From: Sedimentisphaerales bacterium
GTDB taxonomy: Bacteria > Planctomycetota > Phycisphaerae > Sedimentisphaerales > SM23-30
Direction: 5' to 3' (one strand)
Length of the DNA stretch: 64,000 nucleotides
Assembly (NCBI GenBank): GCA_963666285.1
Contig: OY762711.1
A program made the position numbers and the translations under genes. The first letter of the stretch is position 1. Every line of letters starts with the position of its first letter. The notes beneath the pieces were generated by a model. The model worked only from the letters and a program-made list of their open reading frames with translations, did not search any database and had not been told where the DNA came from. Below, in pieces: positions 61,701-64,000 of the stretch.

Positions 61701-64000
61701 CAGGGATTGGTCTTGGCGGTACACCGGTAGTAAATGGAGTTAATATAACCGATGTTGAGTTTGGCGGTTTAATAGCAAATAATTTGGAGTTTGTAACTGC
61801 TGGTAATATAACTGTTAACGGTATAACAGCGGCAAATAGTAATAATATAGCTAATACCCTGACATTGGATACGGCCGGAAATATTGAATTTGCCAGTAAT
61901 ACCTCTACCTTTAATGAGCTGGTAGCAGAGGCCGATGGCCTAATCCAAGTAAATGCCAATATTGTAACAGATACCGATGTACTTAATTTATATGGTGATA
62001 CCAACGGTAATGCGGGTGGAGCAGCAAGTATAATATTTGCTGCCGGTACCCAGATTGATTCAAATACTACGACTATTCTTGACGCAACAAGTTCTGGCAT
62101 AGTGGGTAATAGCAGTATATCCGGTACTGGCGCAATGACAGTTAAGGCTGATGACGGTATAACTGTCGAAAATAGCATATCTGCCGGCGGTACTTTGACA
62201 ATCGATGCCGACCAGGATACAGATGGGACTGGAAACCTGACGATAGCAGCCGGAGCAAGCGTAAACGCTACTGGAAATGATGTAGATATTACGGCAAATA
62301 CAGTAACTTTTGGTGCCGGTGTTTTAACTAATGTTGCAGATTTAACTTTGAGTGCAACAATTTACGGAGACCTGACAGTTAACGGTGATTTCAATAACAG
62401 TGGTTCTGTTACACTAGAATCAATAAATGGCACGATTACGATAAACAGTGATATTAGCTCTGATGAGTCATTTACCTTGACTGCAAAGAATGGCATTACA
62501 ATCAATAACAATATAACTGCTGATGCCGATACGAATAATGCTGGTGGTGAATCGATAGTAATTATTGCTGATAGTGATGGTGATGGTACCGGAGATTTGA
62601 CAGTTAAGACAGCGGGAAAGAGTATAATTACCAATAATAATGATTTGGCAATAACAGCGAATGACCTGGATATGCAGAATGATTATGCTTTTGCTGCAGG
62701 AACAGGAAAGATCACAATAACAGAATCAGAGGGTACCGGTATAGGTTTGGGTGATACAGCTGTAGCAACCGGTTTGAATGTCACAACAGGAGAATTGGTG
62801 CGGATGACCGCTGCAGATACTGAGTTTATATCGGCAGGAAATGTACTAATTGACAATGTCACAGCAGTCAGCAGTAATAATATTGGTTTGCTAGTGATTG
62901 ATAACGAGGGGCAAAGCAGATTTATAAATAATGCCTCAGTATTTAACGCTCTAACAGTTGAGTCAGATGATGGTATTGATATAGATGTTAATATAACAAC
63001 TGACACAGGAAATTTGTCTCTGGATGGTGATTCAGATACTGCTGCAGATACAAATGATGATATTCAGATTGCAGCCGGTATAAGCTTGCGGTCACAAACT
63101 AATATGACTTTGGCAGCCCAGACAGGTAAGATATCAGCAGCGGGTACTTTAAGTTTGCTTTCAGAGAGCGATATTAATATTAATGACAATATAGTAGCAG
63201 CAGATGTACTGACAATTAATACTGATGGAATAGTTGTAGATAATGATGGAACGGGAGATTTGATAGTAGCAGCAGATGCGACAATCAGTACTGAAGTGGT
63301 AAACAAGCAGATTAACCTTATAGCAAATGATATATTCTTAAATGGTTATGTGCGTACAGGTACATCTACATTTGATATTACGGTTTCAGATAACCAGGAT
63401 TATGCATTAGGTAGTAATGCCGTTGAGAATGGTTCTAACAATGCCTTCAATATTAATGCTACAGAGTTGTCGCATATATATACAGGTAATCTAGATCTTA
63501 ATACAAGCGGGGATGTTGATATAAGCAATGTCTTGGCAGGTTCTGCCGATAATATTACCTATATGGTTACATTTAATATTGATGGTCATGCAACTTTAAG
63601 TAATGATTGTATATTTAATGCTATTACTATTAATGCAAATGACGGGATTGATATTGGTGGCAACCTTACCAGCCAGGTAGGCAATATTGTGTTAGAGGGT
63701 GATGCTAATGATGCAGATGATGGAAATGGATTAGATAATATTCTCTTTTCAGCCAATTCTACAATAACATGTGCTAATACATTAACATTGGATGCAACAA
63801 CAGGTGCTTTGGATGGTAGTGGAGCTCTTACATTAACAGCATCTGAAGGTATTAATATTAATGACGATTTATCTACCAATGGGAATCTGACAATTAACGC
63901 AGACAGTGATCTTGATGGAACTGGTGATCTTGCCAGTGCTTCTGGTAAGACATATAGTTGTAATGGCAATGATCTTGATATTACGGGTGCAAATGTTGCG
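52718..64000 (+). CDS. Giant filamentous haemagglutinin-like TpsA exoprotein (at least 3,761 aa, 3'-truncated by window)
   Basis: ATG 52718, long basic signal ending AYA-A, TPS domain (AIINYHTFDI, VRFIQP, VLNRV, ANGQVYIVNSAGIYF), then GGFVEVSG/LLLDP and G/T/D/N-rich repeats. The same frame reads NGNDLDITGANVA at the window end, and the ORF track lists no stop-bounded ORF in this frame. Confidence 0.92.
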   Translation, partial: MRKYRRLKLSYAEKALQRRRESNLRRFRCISLVMLAGLLGLIQPAYAAPKVDNIANGQVSISQDDKLTEITASDNAIINYHTFDIAYDETVRFIQPSETARVLNRVNSEDPSTIAGKLLANGQVYIVNSAGIYFTDGSLVDVGSLYAAAGQISDHEFLAGQDNFHDLSGQVVNDGTIMAETVALVGRFVANNGDIISQDGLITLAAGDDVYLTRVGSHVMVKVADMSDAAVSSDDGISNTGSINAGNGEVSLVSSDIVGLAMGISSGGNIKAADITLDSGANGLTEVTGNLDASSDMANGGSVKVLGDKIALKSASIDVSGKTGGGEVLVGGDFQGSGEVRNASRTYIDSDTSITADAVESGNGGKVICWADEITAFIGDISAKGGAESGDGGFVEVSGKENLMFDGYVDASAEKGQDGQLLLDPRDIVIGAAGNDDGEIDDLSILFDDGLVNETFEISEAKLEILAGGANITIQAERNLTIQAMSDGVLNFATTAGNTVTLEADANSNGGDFIMSDTSDTIQTAGGNIVITTGSSQFTAGSFNSNGGDINLDADGSISVNQITTNGGDLTVVADENYNAAGDFIASGTISTNGGDVSIDGVNINLVTLNSTGGDVILTPAEIAISTALNTGAGNLTIYPRVASHMDIGSDATGLDISDTELGRITCSGVFTLGDASNTSTMDIQSITDHAGISGTMQFLSNGDIEIANGTISTVTTPSVAFYADDGVNINGILILGQDTAINCDTDVDGIGSFYAGFSADRLDTSAANANITITAADLDFGDESAARIDAGSGNITLIASNNRTMGISTANFNVTDAEMDRIDTTGTLTFDTASSFTVNENMTCEQSTAIIAGGGVTQNNRITVAGNLSVTADVANSNIVLTHNLNDVSGTVSLNTLGTGDASWTENSNIDFAASAVSGDLAVDANGNDLADSGAVSVGLTFAITDTNNVTLDLLSGDIGLAASDINTNLDLSVANGSITQSGALTVGGTADFAVTTANEDITLNNTSNAVTGQVTFSTTGTTGNVVFDNGSTAIDLGASTINGGLDIDSSGHLTVNGAVTTAGAAYLTVDDITMTSTLNAGTAAITIAPDDNGTIGLGATPGNMTLTDGELDNITTSGTVTFDTNSAITVDSITPSNITGQFFLDSLSTVSFVNGGSTFSGNLRVRCTDLDVSQTVDCGANSVLIGAVNNKHIYLGTAAANGNIDITGTELQNITAAGLELNTGDGENIYVNNVTATNSNNIGTVILDSAEDVIFQTNNSVFNALTVEADDGLAINDGIILQTDTGAMSLDGNVSGGAFAITTGGNITLDSAGTLTLNELTAGGDIDITATDLTINQTVSMGANSLTINTAGTVGIGDTAGAMTISPTEFGRISSTTGDVTIISTGGSFTVNNISAANSNGIGGIVTLQASGDDQNITFASNNSTFNTLTLNSDDGIFINNVIVGTDVGDFILTPDFDGGANDANDKINFSGAGAGMITATSFSVGTINVANALTLRANGSITFTADQTVPDGINIVADLDANGTGNFVTNAGVDVNTSGNNGDINIAAANLQLNGDSLNAGTGTITFVPQQATDVSLGTDSGTFGISAAELALMTADALVIGDTSASFNTTSAQFSSVAIDGNFAAGAKTVDIQTSGTATVSNGITLSTTNENITINANDLAMNTTGAINAGSAALALNVETAGNDLVLGGTGQEYNIDDTELANITSGSLTITVRADDDIYVSGVADAVAENVGSVTLIATGDNSTITFDTASAQFDSLSASADSGITISQNITADTGNLVLEGDADNAADANDNLAVSDGVTLTSSNGSVSLAATTGDIDAAGALTLNAAAGVTISDTYVAAGAGALTVNADSDGNGAGTFTAGSTITTVNSLVSITAADVVLNGNVDSGNGGITILPSNTAGQTVIFGAAGGDMGLTAAEVGYLNTSGTLTVGNANTTSLTVSTDPTNSTGAVILVSSDTGGVIIVNGVFTPDTTLSMTALEGITVSSNITTGGTITIDADSDDTNNGTLTVDNGVTLASTNDTITITAKDIVLTGTGAIDSGSAAMSITQSQAAGTIGLGGTAGTMQITDTELDNITATGFTIYAPSDVTINGVTADTGNTIDGTFLVDATGKVTFATADSDFKTLEIQADDGIQINTVTVSTDTGSITMDGNVDNSADASDTIAFVGVSGLDSQTTIALTSTNDGITSAAATTITANDQVTVSDAFVASAALDVTSNNNAIVFSSNFTGGGTTNFSADDGITLNGNVSLGGTTTFDSDVDNGDNNGTFTLAATRTITTNNHALTISADDLDLAGSIAGGAGLLRLDVSDGGTAGLAAATGDFSVSTAELARITGQSGGMTVSGASGTVTINSMDVDTNITGTTTIDATNDNTSVNFTGAASEFAALTVNSDSGIDISVNLTTTNGNMVLEGDADNAADTNDDIDLTGNRTLTAVGGELTMDATTGKIDGDGTLTLRADDGITINDNLTSAGTLTIDADRDDDTTGTLTIAGVTSSSNNLVAVTADDISITGSLSSGTADMWITPSTAISIGLGTGAGSMSLTAAEINALTANDLYLGLGVATDLAVNTITTAGINGDFYIDITGDMSIAGGQWDASADDSNFDIICNDMNLSADLNADTGSIRVRTSDGGGIGLGTAAQGMTLSNTDLVRFVTSGGLTLETQAGENIEVTGVTTGNTNNITGTLTLDADTNGSQVNFTNTASALRNNVVVRADNGVDIDVNLTVENGSLSINGDTDSVADGRDYISMANGVTITAGNGALTLTAASGDLLADGALTLTSTGKTTINDDLTTNNGASTNLPLIINASDLDFNGSALNADAGAITIRPSSVSNMGLGGTATGAFDFTDAEFDKITTSGLVTFGGTNAANITVDGFTASANVSGGVSIVSGQNAGSIVFANNSSSFQNTLNLQALDGITINDDVTSGGAITINSDTDAGDNVGLLTIANGITIDSTNTNINITADDISIGAGGSIDAGAADMLITDSDNTGIGLGGTPVVNGVNITDVEFGGLIANNLEFVTAGNITVNGITAANSNNIANTLTLDTAGNIEFASNTSTFNELVAEADGLIQVNANIVTDTDVLNLYGDTNGNAGGAASIIFAAGTQIDSNTTTILDATSSGIVGNSSISGTGAMTVKADDGITVENSISAGGTLTIDADQDTDGTGNLTIAAGASVNATGNDVDITANTVTFGAGVLTNVADLTLSATIYGDLTVNGDFNNSGSVTLESINGTITINSDISSDESFTLTAKNGITINNNITADADTNNAGGESIVIIADSDGDGTGDLTVKTAGKSIITNNNDLAITANDLDMQNDYAFAAGTGKITITESEGTGIGLGDTAVATGLNVTTGELVRMTAADTEFISAGNVLIDNVTAVSSNNIGLLVIDNEGQSRFINNASVFNALTVESDDGIDIDVNITTDTGNLSLDGDSDTAADTNDDIQIAAGISLRSQTNMTLAAQTGKISAAGTLSLLSESDININDNIVAADVLTINTDGIVVDNDGTGDLIVAADATISTEVVNKQINLIANDIFLNGYVRTGTSTFDITVSDNQDYALGSNAVENGSNNAFNINATELSHIYTGNLDLNTSGDVDISNVLAGSADNITYMVTFNIDGHATLSNDCIFNAITINANDGIDIGGNLTSQVGNIVLEGDANDADDGNGLDNILFSANSTITCANTLTLDATTGALDGSGALTLTASEGININDDLSTNGNLTINADSDLDGTGDLASASGKTYSCNGNDLDITGANVA

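Noticed and set aside
52901..63969. Many minus-strand ORFs (up to 376 aa) in the last 11 kb
   Set aside because: They are antisense shadows of the giant plus-strand TpsA frame; S/V/P/I-rich with no motifs.
1..64000. CRISPR array, prophage, transposase, reverse transcriptase or defence systems
   Set aside because: No regularly spaced DNA repeats or corresponding protein motifs were seen.

Overview
64 kb of bacterial chromosome. The gene set (PEP-CTERM proteins, alpha-2-macroglobulin/pbpC, enlarged ACP between two FabZ-like genes, membrane-anchored GspE plus CvpA, ThiD2-ThiE fusion) suggests a Planctomycetota, probably Phycisphaerae-like, organism; this is inference. It holds housekeeping genes (pepP, ettA, fmt, metK, gltA, thiE, galM, tRNA-Arg(CCT)), a small glycoside hydrolase cluster, two tandem chemoreceptors, a kinase/phosphoesterase/DegP group, the flhA-flhF-flhG-X-fliA operon and a two-partner secretion pair. 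The TpsA of that pair is at least 3,761 aa, runs off the window end and is missing from the ORF track. Main non-obvious signals: (i) a strand-composition switch centred on a dif-like 28-mer at 43463-43490, suggesting the replication terminus; (ii) codon-usage mosaicism inside the giant TpsA; (iii) a 160-bp TTAA-flanked palindromic MITE-like element; (iv) a duplicated 3' element behind two PEP-CTERM paralogs that reads as anti-SD/anti-AUG; (v) three hairpin-loop ANGGA (CsrA-type) sites in the flhA leader; (vi) sigma28-like promoters. All calls come from reading motifs by eye; no searches or computations were run.
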